Assembly: GCA_964654645.1 (NCBI GenBank)
Contig: CAZZJO010000043.1
Location: forward strand, 24,650-88,649
Reading direction: 5' to 3'
Source of the DNA: an uncultured Verrucomicrobiota bacterium
Lineage (GTDB): Bacteria > Verrucomicrobiota > Verrucomicrobiia > Limisphaerales > CAZZJO01
Length of the DNA: 64,000 bases
Part shown: positions 9,485 through 19,713 of the stretch, one piece after another
Numbering within the stretch: the stretch's first letter is position 1
Layout of the letters: each line of letters begins with the position of its first letter
Translations under genes and position numbers: made by a program
The notes under the pieces: generated by a model
Databases searched by the model: none
What the model saw: only the letters and a program-made list of their open reading frames with translations
Told to the model about the DNA's origin: nothing

Positions 9485-11146
9485 TTAGTGTAAGCCGATT
9501 GCACGTCCATCAGGTAGGACCTTAATTTTTACTGCGGCAGGGACTTTAGGTAGGCCAGGCATCGTCACGATATTCCCACATATAGCCACGACGAAACCGG
9601 CGCCGGCGGATACCCTGAGTTCGTTGACTCTTATTCGGAAGTTTTTTGGCCTACCAACCAGTTTAGGATTGTCGGAAAGCGATAATGGGGTTTTAGCTAC
9701 ACAAATTGCGAGTTTGTCGTAGCCATGTTTTTGTATCAGTTCCAGGTCTTCAAGTGCCCCACGATCAAAATCTACACCGTCAGCCCCGTAGATGCGCTTT
9801 GCGATAATTTCAATTTTTTCCCGTAAGGGTTGATCTAATCTGTACAAGAACTTCAAGTTTTTTGTTCGTCTACGTTTAGCTACTTCGACTGCTGTTCGGG
9901 CGAGGTCGGTGGCGCCTTCCCCTCCGCGAGTATAATGTTCGGTTACTACGGCGGGTACCTCGAGTTTTTCGCAGAACTTGGTTATCTGACGCAGCTCGGC
10001 TGGGGTGTCTGTTTCGAACCTATTTATAGCTACCACTGGTTCAACGCCAAAAGACCTTATGTTTTCTATGTGTTTTGCAAGGTTGCCGAGGCCGCCATCT
10101 GGGGTAAACCCACCATGATGTTTGATGGCTCTGACAGTGGCCACTATCACAGCCACCGCTGGTTTGAGACCGGTAAAACGGCATTTAATGTGAAAAAACT
10201 TTTCAGCTCCAAGATCAGTGCCAAAGCCAGCCTCTGTTACAACAAACTCTGAAAGTTTCAGAGCCAATTTTGTAGCCACGGCTGAGTTTGTGCCTTGTGC
10301 TATATTTGCAAAAGGGCCGCAGTGCACAAAGCCGGGGGTTCCTTCTAAGGTTTGAACAAGGTTTGGATGAATTGCATCCCTTAGAAGTACTTGCATTGCA
10401 CCTACTGCCTGGAGCTGTTCTGCTAGAACTGGTTGTCCTTCGTAAGTGTATCCAACCACGATTTTGCTAAGGCGTTCTCCAAGTTCGGTGAAGTTTGACA
10501 CTAAACACAGGATAGCCATTACCTCTGAGGCTGGGGTGATGTTAAAGCCATCGCGTCGTGGCACGCCGTGTCGCGGCCCGCCAAGCCCTATAATAATGTC
10601 GCGAAGCGAGCGGTCGTTTAAGTCTATCACGCGTTTAATTACGATTCTTCGGGGATCAATCCGAAGCTCGTTACCATGTTGGAGGTGGTTATCTACCAAA
10701 GTACAGAGGAGGTTATTTGCTTTTTCTACGGCGTACATATCGCCTACGAAATGTAGGTTTATATCTTCGGCTGGGACTACTTGGGATTTGCCGCCGCCAG
10801 TCCCCCCACCTTTAATTCCAAAGTACGGGCCAAGAGATGGTTCTCGAAGACAAAACATAGTACGATACCCCAGCCTTCTGAGTGCATCCGACAAGCCAAT
10901 GGTAGTGGAGGTTTTGCCCTCGCCGAAGGGCGTGGGGTTCATAGCCGTGACCAACACTAGCACTCCATCAGGTTTATTAGCTCGCTTATGGAGTTCGGAT
11001 ACGGGAATTTTAGCTATATAATGGCCGTGGAGTAGGATTTCCTCTGGATCTAATCCAACTTCTTTTGCCACCTCTATGATTTTCCTAGGTGGCAACCCGT
11101 TCTCGATGTGCGTAGTCTCGCTCATAGCCGGATTTACCGAAGCCAA
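9485..11146 (-). CDS. fhs: Formate--tetrahydrofolate ligase
   Basis: PTPFGEGKTST, FGIKGGGTGGG, INLHF, HCGPFANIAQG, TEAGFG.DLGAEKF and TMPGLPK motifs. ATG 11125 is an alternative start. Confidence 0.97.
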   Translation of the reverse strand: MASVNPAMSETTHIENGLPPRKIIEVAKEVGLDPEEILLHGHYIAKIPVSELHKRANKPDGVLVLVTAMNPTPFGEGKTSTTIGLSDALRRLGYRTMFCLREPSLGPYFGIKGGGTGGGKSQVVPAEDINLHFVGDMYAVEKANNLLCTLVDNHLQHGNELRIDPRRIVIKRVIDLNDRSLRDIIIGLGGPRHGVPRRDGFNITPASEVMAILCLVSNFTELGERLSKIVVGYTYEGQPVLAEQLQAVGAMQVLLRDAIHPNLVQTLEGTPGFVHCGPFANIAQGTNSAVATKLALKLSEFVVTEAGFGTDLGAEKFFHIKCRFTGLKPAVAVIVATVRAIKHHGGFTPDGGLGNLAKHIENIRSFGVEPVVAINRFETDTPAELRQITKFCEKLEVPAVVTEHYTRGGEGATDLARTAVEVAKRRRTKNLKFLYRLDQPLREKIEIIAKRIYGADGVDFDRGALEDLELIQKHGYDKLAICVAKTPLSLSDNPKLVGRPKNFRIRVNELRVSAGAGFVVAICGNIVTMPGLPKVPAAVKIKVLPDGRAIGLH

Positions 11147-11368
11147 ACTGTAGTGATTGCAGGTGGGTTTAGCAATACGGGACTTTTGGGAAACAAGCTG
11201 AGGTTTCGGGGTAGCAAACTAGCCGAGTTGGAAGGGCCCCAATCGCCATCTAACTTTTTGGGTGGGTGCGATCACAATGTCTGGGTCTCCACCGCAATTC
11301 GTATATGGGGCGGGGAATTTGTAGAATTGCAAAAAGCCGGTACTCGTGCACAAAATGCAACCTAAACA

Positions 11369-12937
11369 ATGAGTAAGCGGTTTTACATAACTACTGCGAT
11401 AGACTATGTGAATGGGCAGCCACATCTCGGCCACGCTTACGAAAAAGTGATTACAGATGTAATAGCGCGTGCGAGACGAAGTTTTGGTCAGGAGGTGTTT
11501 TTTTTGACTGGACTGGATGAGCACGGCCAAAAGGTTCAACAGGCTGCTCAAGCTGAAGGCAAGGACCCTCAGCAATTTTGTGACGAGTTGGCGGAACAGT
11601 GGTGGAAATTTGTGAGGTTATTGAATATATCAAACGATGATTTTATTCGCACGACTCAGCCGCGTCATAAAGCTGTTGTTCAAGCGCTTTTACAGAAGTT
11701 GTATGATCAAGGGGACATTTACAAAGCACCGTATCGGGGGTGGTATTCATGGAAGGAGGAAACGTTTTTGACTGATCGGGATCGTGAACCAGATGGCACA
11801 TGGCACCCGCGCTGGGGTGAGGTGACCGAGCTATCTGAGGACAACTGGTATTTTCGTCTGTCGAAGTATCAGGATTGGTTAATTAAGTACATTGAATCGC
11901 ATCCAGATTTTGTACATCCGGAAAGCCGGTTGAACGAGGTGCTTGGTTTTTTGAAATCTGAACGTCTCGAAGATCTTTGCATTAGTCGTCCGAAGTCCCG
12001 GCTTACCTGGGGAATAACGATCCCCTTTGATCCGGAGTATGTCACGTATGTATGGTTCGATGCATTGACGAATTACTACAGTGTACCAGTTTCGTTGGGC
12101 GATGATGAGGCGGCGGCGCCGTTGAAAGGTTACTATAAACCGGTAGATCAACCTTGTTGCCCTGGTATTCGACTTTGGCCAGCAGATATCCATGTGATTG
12201 GCAAGGACATTTTGCGTTTCCATGCAGTGTACTGGCCAATAATGCTTAAAGCAGCTGGGATACCGTTGCCTTCTCAAATCCTAGTTCATGGTTGGTGGCA
12301 AAAGGACGGCCAAAAAATGAGTAAAACAACGGGGAATGTGGTGGACCCTGTTGAAGTGATTGGTGAATGGGGGGTTGACGCTTTCAGATATTATGTAGTG
12401 CGGGAACTTGACATTGGACCGGATGGAAATTGGACCGATGCTAGTTTTTCAGCCCGGTACCACGCTGAACTAGCGAATGGACTAGGTAATTTGGTCAACC
12501 GATCCCTCTCAATGCTAAAAAAATATAGGGCTGGGCGCGTCCCACATCCTCATGATGAATTGGCACCATTTGTAAATGAGGTGGTGACGCAAACCAGGCA
12601 ATTACTCGAGCAAAACAAGCTCCAAGCCGCTTTGGTTAAGATTTGGGAATTAGTCGATCATGCCAACCAGTATGTGGATCGCACTATGCCGTTCAAGTTA
12701 GCCAAGGATCCAGCTCAAGCCGCTCGGCTTGATCAGGTACTATACAATTTAGCTGAAGTATGCCGGGTTTTGGCCGTTTTGTTGTGGCCTTTTATTCCTG
12801 ACGCCGCGGCGCGAATATATAAGCTGCTTAGATTGGAAGGGATTCCAAGCAAATTTGCTATGGCGGCATGGGGAGGATTGCCGCAAGGACATCAAATTGG
12901 CCAACTGGAGGTTTTGTTCCCTCGCAAGGATCGCTGA
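11369..12937 (+). CDS. metG: Methionine--tRNA ligase, short form without the C-terminal dimerisation domain
   Basis: YVNGQPHLGH (HIGH), GLDEHG.K, YVWFDAL, IGKDI..FH and KMSKT motifs. Confidence 0.97.
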   Translation: MSKRFYITTAIDYVNGQPHLGHAYEKVITDVIARARRSFGQEVFFLTGLDEHGQKVQQAAQAEGKDPQQFCDELAEQWWKFVRLLNISNDDFIRTTQPRHKAVVQALLQKLYDQGDIYKAPYRGWYSWKEETFLTDRDREPDGTWHPRWGEVTELSEDNWYFRLSKYQDWLIKYIESHPDFVHPESRLNEVLGFLKSERLEDLCISRPKSRLTWGITIPFDPEYVTYVWFDALTNYYSVPVSLGDDEAAAPLKGYYKPVDQPCCPGIRLWPADIHVIGKDILRFHAVYWPIMLKAAGIPLPSQILVHGWWQKDGQKMSKTTGNVVDPVEVIGEWGVDAFRYYVVRELDIGPDGNWTDASFSARYHAELANGLGNLVNRSLSMLKKYRAGRVPHPHDELAPFVNEVVTQTRQLLEQNKLQAALVKIWELVDHANQYVDRTMPFKLAKDPAQAARLDQVLYNLAEVCRVLAVLLWPFIPDAAARIYKLLRLEGIPSKFAMAAWGGLPQGHQIGQLEVLFPRKDR

Positions 12938-12965
12938 AACAATTTAAAACATTTTGTATTCGCGT

Positions 12966-14215
12966 ATGTTTCACCTCACGCCTCGGGAGCGCGAAATAGT
13001 AGCATTACTTATTTTTGCCTTTACTTATGTATTGATCAGTGGGCGTCGGCTCAAAGTCATCCCTTTGAACCGACCGGCCGCTGCAGTGTTTGGTACTGCG
13101 ATGATGGTGTTTTTTGGGGTTATGACCTCAGAGGAGGTGTACCACGCTATAAATTATGACACCTTAGTATTATTGTTAGGGATGAGTTTGATTTCAGCTT
13201 ATTTGCAGCTAGGTGGATTTTTCGATTGGTTGGCTGACGCAATTCTTAGGTTCGCACGGACGCCCACCCGTCTTTTGTTTTATTTAGTGATTGCTAGTGG
13301 GGTTTTATCAGCTTTATTGGTAAACGACACCATTTGTTTCATGCTGACTCCTGTGGTAATTGCGGTTGTGGTACGAGGTGGTTTACCTTTGGTTCCATAC
13401 TTATTGGCATTAGCGATGAGTGCCAATTTGGGCAGTGTGGCCACCTTGGTAGGCAATCCCCAAAACATGATTATTGGGCAAATGTCGGGAATAAAGTTTG
13501 CACGCTTTTTATTTCAATGGCTCCAGTTGCAGTTTTGGGTTTAACGGTTGAATTTGCGGTGCTTGCTATTGGTTTTAGGGGAAAACTTCGGAGGGCCCAG
13601 ATTAAAGTCCCTCCGGCCCGTGAATATCAGTTGGATCGGCGCTTAGTTTTCCTTGCATTGGCCGTTTTAGTTTTGGTGTTTACAGGTTTTATGGCAGGTT
13701 TGAATCTTGCATGGACGGCTTTGGCCGGGGGTGCGATTGTGATGTTGTTTGGTCGTCGAGATACACATCACGTGCTTAAATTGGTTGACTGGCATCTGTT
13801 GGTGTTGTTCGCAGGGTTGTTTGCCGTTGTGGGCGGGGTAAATAGCACCGGAGCCATTTCACAGGCATTTGACTTTATCCGGCCTATATTCGGGCATGAT
13901 GAACGTGTCCAAGCGATAAACTTGACATGGTTCAGTATGCTTGGTTCTAACATATTTTCTAACGTGCCCTTTGTGCTGGTGGCGGGGCAATGGGTTCCAA
14001 ATCTTGCGAATCCTGAGCTGATGTGGAAAGTGATGGCGATGGCCACCACGTTCGCGGGAAATCTCACCATACTTGCTTCTGTGGCGAACATCATTGTGGT
14101 TGAATCAGCGCGGGGGCATGTGGAAGTGGGCTTTTGGGATTATGCTAAGTTTGGGATACCCGTTACCATCCTCACCACGGTTGTAGGATTGGCTGTTTTG
14201 TTGCTTTTAGGGTAA
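12966..14215 (+). pseudogene. ArsB/NhaD (YbiR-like) anion permease split by a single frameshift near 13506-13514; real lesion or sequencing error
   Basis: ORF 12954-13544 carries the N-half ([20 protein letters not shown]). ORF 13334-14215 carries the C-half (SNVP, TTFAGNLTILASVANIIV). One extra T in CTTTTTATTTC would join them. Confidence 0.8.
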
Positions 14216-14292
14216 ATTGCACAACCAACAAGGGTTTACTGCTAAACGCAAACATAATGTGAATGTTTTTTTGATGGGTAACGGTTTTGGGG

Positions 14293-14301
14293 TGCTATAT
14301 T
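14293..14301 (+). promoter_or_regulatory. Candidate extended -10 element (TGcTATATT) for the ATP-cone kinase gene
   Basis: TG-n-TATATT lies about 33 nt before the start at 14334. TTGATG at 14271-14276 is a poorly spaced -35. Confidence 0.3.
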
Positions 14302-14333
14302 GTCAGACTATCAAAAGCATGTAATATGACATT

Positions 14334-15794
14334 GTGCCAGTCGAGAACCGTATAATTAAAGTCCAGAAACGGAACCGGGCGCTGGTCACCTTTGACCAGT
14401 CACGGATTCAGCAAGCCATTTTACGAGCGGCAAAGTCGATTGGGGGATTGAAAGAAGATTTTTTGCCAGGCATAAATGACCATCTATTCGACGCGTTTGG
14501 CTCGGATGAAAAGATTGCTGAGTTTTTATCGGATGTGGTCGTGGTTTGTTTGAATTCCGAACCTCAGCATTTGATATCGAATTTTCCGCCCACGATCGAA
14601 ATGATCCAAGACTTGGTGATCCATGTATTGCGCAGTTACGGGTTTCAAAATACCGCGGACGCATATGTGTGCTATCGTTGGGGCAGGCATTGGTTGCGGG
14701 AAGGTGCTATAACTGTTGATCAGTTCATGGGTAATGGGTACCCGATACAGCTGATGAACCGCGTATTGGAGTGGAATCGGGCTCGTGGATGTGACACTGT
14801 GGAAGGTCTGAATGAGATCGTTAGAAAGGGGCAAATAAAGGACTTGATACGTGATTGCATTGATCGGTACGAATCTGAGCTGGATCAGGTTGCCCAAAAA
14901 GTCATAGACCGCTTGAATAAAGGTGGCCAGATCCGGATGCTATGGATTACTGGACCGAGCTCTTCTGGCAAAACAACTACAACCGTCAAACTCACACAGC
15001 GATTAGAGAAACAGGGGTTAAGGTTTTTGATGTTGAATTTGGACGATTATTTTTGGTCGGTGGTTGAGCATCCTACAGATTGGATTAACGACAGAAATTT
15101 CGAAACCCCGGAGGCCCTGGATATCCAATTGCTCAACCAACATCTCAAAATGCTCTTGGATGGACAACCGATCGATAAACCCACCTATAGTTTCAAAGAA
15201 GGGCGGCGGGTTGCCACCAAACGTGTACAGCTTCAAAAAGACCAGATATTGCTTTTGGATTGCTTACATGGGTTGTATCCACCGATCACTGAGGGGATCG
15301 ATCCGTCAATGCAGTTCCGGGTTTATGTGGAAAACTTGAATGTAATTTATGAGGGCGATGGCAGCACCAAGCGAATTTGTCGGTTTACCGATGTTCGATT
15401 GCTCCGTCGCATTATACGGGACGCCTTGCATCGGAATCACAAACCCTTGCTTACAATTTTGCATTGGCATTATGTCCGTGCCGGTGAATTGTACAGTATA
15501 ATCCCGTTAATGGGGTTGGCTGATTATGTTATCAATGGCGGGATGGCATTTGAACTCCCCGTACTAAAGCCTTTCTTTGAAGGACCAGATAGTTTTTGGC
15601 CTACCCCTGAGGAAATCAGATTATATCCCACGTTTCTAGATGCACAAATTCGGTATCGCCGAGTTTCTGAATTGCTGGGGTCGGTTCATGGGTTGACTCG
15701 TGACCAGGTAAATGATCTTTCATTAATTCCAGGTGATGCTTTAATTCGCGAGTTTATTGGCGGCCATACAATTAAAATCCCTCACAATGAGTGA
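14334..15794 (+). CDS. ATP-cone domain fused to a uridine kinase/PRK-family P-loop kinase
   Basis: N-terminal VQKRN..LVTFDQSRIQQAI ATP-cone, then GPSSSGKTT Walker A, LDDYF, NFETPEALD and DVRLLRRIIRD. Confidence 0.8.
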   Translation: MPVENRIIKVQKRNRALVTFDQSRIQQAILRAAKSIGGLKEDFLPGINDHLFDAFGSDEKIAEFLSDVVVVCLNSEPQHLISNFPPTIEMIQDLVIHVLRSYGFQNTADAYVCYRWGRHWLREGAITVDQFMGNGYPIQLMNRVLEWNRARGCDTVEGLNEIVRKGQIKDLIRDCIDRYESELDQVAQKVIDRLNKGGQIRMLWITGPSSSGKTTTTVKLTQRLEKQGLRFLMLNLDDYFWSVVEHPTDWINDRNFETPEALDIQLLNQHLKMLLDGQPIDKPTYSFKEGRRVATKRVQLQKDQILLLDCLHGLYPPITEGIDPSMQFRVYVENLNVIYEGDGSTKRICRFTDVRLLRRIIRDALHRNHKPLLTILHWHYVRAGELYSIIPLMGLADYVINGGMAFELPVLKPFFEGPDSFWPTPEEIRLYPTFLDAQIRYRRVSELLGSVHGLTRDQVNDLSLIPGDALIREFIGGHTIKIPHNE

Positions 15795-15838
15795 GGCCGA
15801 GTGTTCGCGTAGGGATGTGAAATTGGATTTTTAGGGAT

Positions 15839-16804
15839 ATGATGCGGGTTATTAGACCTTTTGTGCTTAGGCGTGGCGATGCAATAGGAGTAGTCATGCC
15901 AGCGAGCCCCCCAACTCATGATGATTTGGAAATGGGTATTCAACATCTGGAAAAACTAGGGTTCCGCGTAGTGCTTGCTCCATATGCTACTGCCAAAAAT
16001 GGGTATTTGGCGGGGAGGGACTCCGTGCGAGTTCAGGAGCTAACGGGAATGGTAAACAACCCTCAAGTAAAAGCTATCATTTGTGCGCGTGGCGGATACG
16101 GTACATTTAGGATCCTTAAGCATATAGATTACGCGTTGTTCCGCGAACATCCCAAAATATTTGTCGGGCACAGTGACATAACGGCTTTGCAGTGTGCGAT
16201 ATGGAAAAGAGCGAGGTTAATTACGCTGCATGGGCCTATGGTGTGTTCTGATTTTGGTCGGCCTGAAATATCCAGGTTCACGGTGGATCATTTTTTAAAA
16301 ATGGTATTTGGACAGTGCACTGGTGAACTGTTCAATTGGCGTAAATCCATGCAAGGAGGTGAATCCTTGATTGTGGTCCAGACAGGACGTGCCCAAGGCA
16401 GGTTAATAGGAGGTAACCTATCGGTATTGTGTGGGTTAATCGGAACGCCGTGGTTTCCGGATTTGAGGGGGAACCTTTTGTTTGTGGAAGACGTGAATGA
16501 GCCACTTTACCGGTTGGACCGCATGTTTACCCAGTTAATTGAAAGTGGTTCTTTGGAGGGCGTAGCGGGAATCCTTGGGGGTAAATTTGCTGGGTGCACA
16601 TCAAATGGGGATGAGGATGCGATCCTGGAAAATGTGGCATTCCTGATGAAGGATCGGTTTAGTAAGTTGCGCGTTCCGATCGTGGTAGGGCTGCCATTTG
16701 GTCACGTTCCTGATAAACTCACAATCCCTTTCGGAGCGAAAGCAGAGCTTAATACCCGCTCTAAGCGGTTGACGTTGCTTGAGCCAGTGATTGTCGGGGT
16801 TTAA
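15839..16804 (+). CDS. ldcA: S66 family LD-carboxypeptidase
   Basis: ARGGYG, GHSDIT (Ser), GGNLS, FVEDVNE (Glu) and FGH (His). Confidence 0.9.
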   Translation: MMRVIRPFVLRRGDAIGVVMPASPPTHDDLEMGIQHLEKLGFRVVLAPYATAKNGYLAGRDSVRVQELTGMVNNPQVKAIICARGGYGTFRILKHIDYALFREHPKIFVGHSDITALQCAIWKRARLITLHGPMVCSDFGRPEISRFTVDHFLKMVFGQCTGELFNWRKSMQGGESLIVVQTGRAQGRLIGGNLSVLCGLIGTPWFPDLRGNLLFVEDVNEPLYRLDRMFTQLIESGSLEGVAGILGGKFAGCTSNGDEDAILENVAFLMKDRFSKLRVPIVVGLPFGHVPDKLTIPFGAKAELNTRSKRLTLLEPVIVGV

Positions 16805-17031
16805 GGGTTGTACGGGCCGACCAAGATTCTGTAGAATCGGACGTTATATTTGGCTGCGTTTGTATCGGTAACACGGATCGGCGTCGAGTTTGGGGTTATC
16901 CTCAGGATATCTTCCCAGTGGGTGAGATTTTGTGAGGCTTGGATGGTGTATTTAATGCCTGGGATGGCATCTATTTCAATTGCGGCAATTCCATTTTCGA
17001 AGCTGATTCTATTAATTCTGGGCTGTGGTGG
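16801..17031 (-). other. Shared C-terminal domain, copy 1 (..KYTIQASQNLTHWEDI..RFYRI)
   Basis: Aligned by eye with the three other copies in this window. Confidence 0.65.
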
Positions 17032-19713
17032 AGCGCAGACCGTTACTGCCAGCCATTGTGTAGCGCTGAGTGACGTTCCATTTGTGGTGATGGCCGATAC
17101 AGCAAAGTAGTATGTTGAACCTGCCTGGGCGATGGTGGGGTGCCATGTAATTAAGCCGGTTTCTGGATCGATTGACACCCCTTGTGGAGCATTTAGCAAG
17201 GTGTACGAGATACTGTTGGTAACCCAAGCCGGCAAGGTATAACCGGGTTGGATCCGGATTGGTATACCCGCCACTGCACTTATCAAAGGAGTGGGGTTAA
17301 GCGTTGTTTGAATAGTCGGGGTGTTCCTAATGGGGCCAGCTAAGAAGTTGCCGGCTATTTGTTCCGGTGTTAAGACACCTGCATGAATGCGGATGGAGTT
17401 TATGAACCCAGAAAAGAATTGGGATAATGTGCCATTGGAATTTCTCTGGCATCCGATGTTGATTGGTTTGTTGGTGGTACTAAGCGGGCCATTAAGTTTC
17501 CACTGCCATCTAAGGATCCCATCCACGTAGATTCTGACCCATTGATTGGAGTAGATATAGACGAGGTATTGCCAAGAGCCTGCTTTGGGTGGTGTGCCTC
17601 CCCAGGCAACGTCGTCGCCTCCGTGCGTAGCGGCTCCGCATGATGTGCTGGACCCAAAATTAAACGCGCAGTTAAACCTTAGGCTTTTGCGTTCCCCCCA
17701 GGAGACAAGGGTTTCTTCAGTGTTTAAATTAGGGTTATAAACCCACACTTCGATGGTACGGGGAGCATCGCCGAGGAGCGAGGTGGGTGGTATGGGTCCG
17801 ACAAAGCCGTCAGAGGAGCCATTAAAGTAGATCCCAGGGATGCCCGTGTTTGAAACGTTTAGCACAAGCACAGGTTTACCAGTCGGGATAAAATCACCTT
17901 TTCCAGTTCGGTTTGACCATAGTAATCCATTAAAGTCAGCTGCCCTGAGATCTGCTATTAGCTCGCTGGATGTATAGGGTGTGGTAGGTTGGAGCGCATC
18001 TGGACCAGCTAGCCAGCTCGAAAGGACTTCAGCGGGTGAAATAGCGCGGTTATAAATACGGATTTCTTCTACTTCGATTGCTGCGTTGTAGTTCGATGAA
18101 GCTTGGGCTCGGCCAATCCAATTGTTCACGTCCTGGATATCCTGCAGTTTGAAATCGACGTCGAGGTATCCGAGTGGTGTCCCATTTCGGTAAATGGTAA
18201 ATCTACCTCCATTATTAGCCCATTGTCCAACCCCAGCTTCGTAGGTGACAACGTATTGGTATGTTTGGCCTTTTGGAGTATCGCAGAGCATATTAAGATT
18301 CCTGGTTACGTTTGAGTGGGTGACGGAGAAGGTGATCCGAGAAAGATCGGTGTTTGTGCTTAGGCAAAGGGCGATTTCTTGTGCAGGGGTGGTTAACCCT
18401 GGGGCGGGGGCTTCGCTGGAGGAGACCCACTCGCCAGGCTCTGCATTTCCAAGTTCTGTAGTTCTACCAAAACTAAAGAGTCGTTGACCCGGCCTCGCAG
18501 TTACTGGGTTGACCCAGATTTCGATGGTCAGGTTGGAGAATGCTGAGATGATTTTGTTAGGCAAGTCCAGATACGCAGATATGCTGTCCCCTGCAACATT
18601 GCCTGTTGAAAAACCTGGTAGGTATAGCCCTCGTCCCGTAGCTACTGCGCCTTGGCCGCGAATTATTGCGGGGACCCCCGAAACGGAATCGAGTGTTATT
18701 GTCCCTGGTGCTAACGGTCCTAAAGTGCAATTGAACGACCATCGATAAGTTAAACCATTGGCGATGGGGGGAGGCGGTAATGCTCGGTTTCGCCGAGCAT
18801 AGACAGATTGGGCAGTGATGGCGATTTTTCGTGCATTTTCGCCGCCGTTTACAAGGCTACCCATTCCACAATTGCTTTTGGTGTTACCGAGAAGGGTTAT
18901 GCCCATAAACTGGAGATTTGAGCTTGTAAAGTACGGAATCGTAGTTCCTCCGCAGTAACCCATTAACATTACTGTCGTGTATTGGAGACCGTTTGTTCCG
19001 GTGAATTGGAGACCATCCTCGTGGGTGGCACCGAAGTTGTGAGCAAGTTCGTGCGCAAGTACGGTGTACCAAATCGCTTGATCTGAATAAACGGAGTATT
19101 GGCCTGGCAATTCCGCAACAGCGGAGTAACCCGTGGTTTTTGCAATATAAGCAACTAAGTCTGCCCCATTGCTAGCTGCAAAGGTTCGCACATCATTGAA
19201 TCCAGAATACCAGCTGAGCAGATCTAGTACATCCGCTGAATTAAGGTCGATTGGGTCGAGCGAGGATTTATAAAATCCACACACGCGAAATCTGACCTCT
19301 GTCCGACTATTTTCATAGATGCTGTTAGCGGTAAGAAGTGCTGTCGCAAATTGCAACTGTAAGTTTTCTTCGCCTCCTGCCCGCGCAACCGCGGTGGGGG
19401 AGTACGCGCATGCTACGTCGATTTCTACAACCTGGGCATGTAAGTGGTAAGACGTAAAAAGTGTGAAAGCTAAGAAAACAGCCAGTGATTTAAGGAGTAG
19501 GGATAGACTCAGGCACGAGGGTTTAGCAGGAGATGGGTTTTCCGATGGGGTGGTGTCATTAATTGCCGGGTACACCCCTTCCCTCGGGGTGTAACCTGCC
19601 TTGTTTCGCAGGGCGATCAAGGCACAAACGGGTCCCCACCCTCGCTTTTTGCCTGATCGGCTGCGTATGGAGTTTTTGCTCCATCGCAAGCCTGTCATTA
19701 TCCCACCTCCCAC
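16801..19713 (-). CDS. Exported metzincin (reprolysin/M12B-like) with two LamG-like domains, an Ig/cadherin-like domain and a C-terminal RFYR domain
   Basis: HELAHNFGATH zinc motif (19021-19053) and TVM Met-turn. Signal peptide ends ..YHLHA-QVVEID. LamG signatures (TIEIWVNP..RLFSFG, EEIRIYNRAIS; TIEVWVY, NSIRIH) and GVSIDPETGLITWHP. The true start may be ATG 19698 or later. Confidence 0.8.
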   Translation of the reverse strand: MGGGIMTGLRWSKNSIRSRSGKKRGWGPVCALIALRNKAGYTPREGVYPAINDTTPSENPSPAKPSCLSLSLLLKSLAVFLAFTLFTSYHLHAQVVEIDVACAYSPTAVARAGGEENLQLQFATALLTANSIYENSRTEVRFRVCGFYKSSLDPIDLNSADVLDLLSWYSGFNDVRTFAASNGADLVAYIAKTTGYSAVAELPGQYSVYSDQAIWYTVLAHELAHNFGATHEDGLQFTGTNGLQYTTVMLMGYCGGTTIPYFTSSNLQFMGITLLGNTKSNCGMGSLVNGGENARKIAITAQSVYARRNRALPPPPIANGLTYRWSFNCTLGPLAPGTITLDSVSGVPAIIRGQGAVATGRGLYLPGFSTGNVAGDSISAYLDLPNKIISAFSNLTIEIWVNPVTARPGQRLFSFGRTTELGNAEPGEWVSSSEAPAPGLTTPAQEIALCLSTNTDLSRITFSVTHSNVTRNLNMLCDTPKGQTYQYVVTYEAGVGQWANNGGRFTIYRNGTPLGYLDVDFKLQDIQDVNNWIGRAQASSNYNAAIEVEEIRIYNRAISPAEVLSSWLAGPDALQPTTPYTSSELIADLRAADFNGLLWSNRTGKGDFIPTGKPVLVLNVSNTGIPGIYFNGSSDGFVGPIPPTSLLGDAPRTIEVWVYNPNLNTEETLVSWGERKSLRFNCAFNFGSSTSCGAATHGGDDVAWGGTPPKAGSWQYLVYIYSNQWVRIYVDGILRWQWKLNGPLSTTNKPINIGCQRNSNGTLSQFFSGFINSIRIHAGVLTPEQIAGNFLAGPIRNTPTIQTTLNPTPLISAVAGIPIRIQPGYTLPAWVTNSISYTLLNAPQGVSIDPETGLITWHPTIAQAGSTYYFAVSAITTNGTSLSATQWLAVTVCAPPQPRINRISFENGIAAIEIDAIPGIKYTIQASQNLTHWEDILRITPNSTPIRVTDTNAAKYNVRFYRILVGPYNP

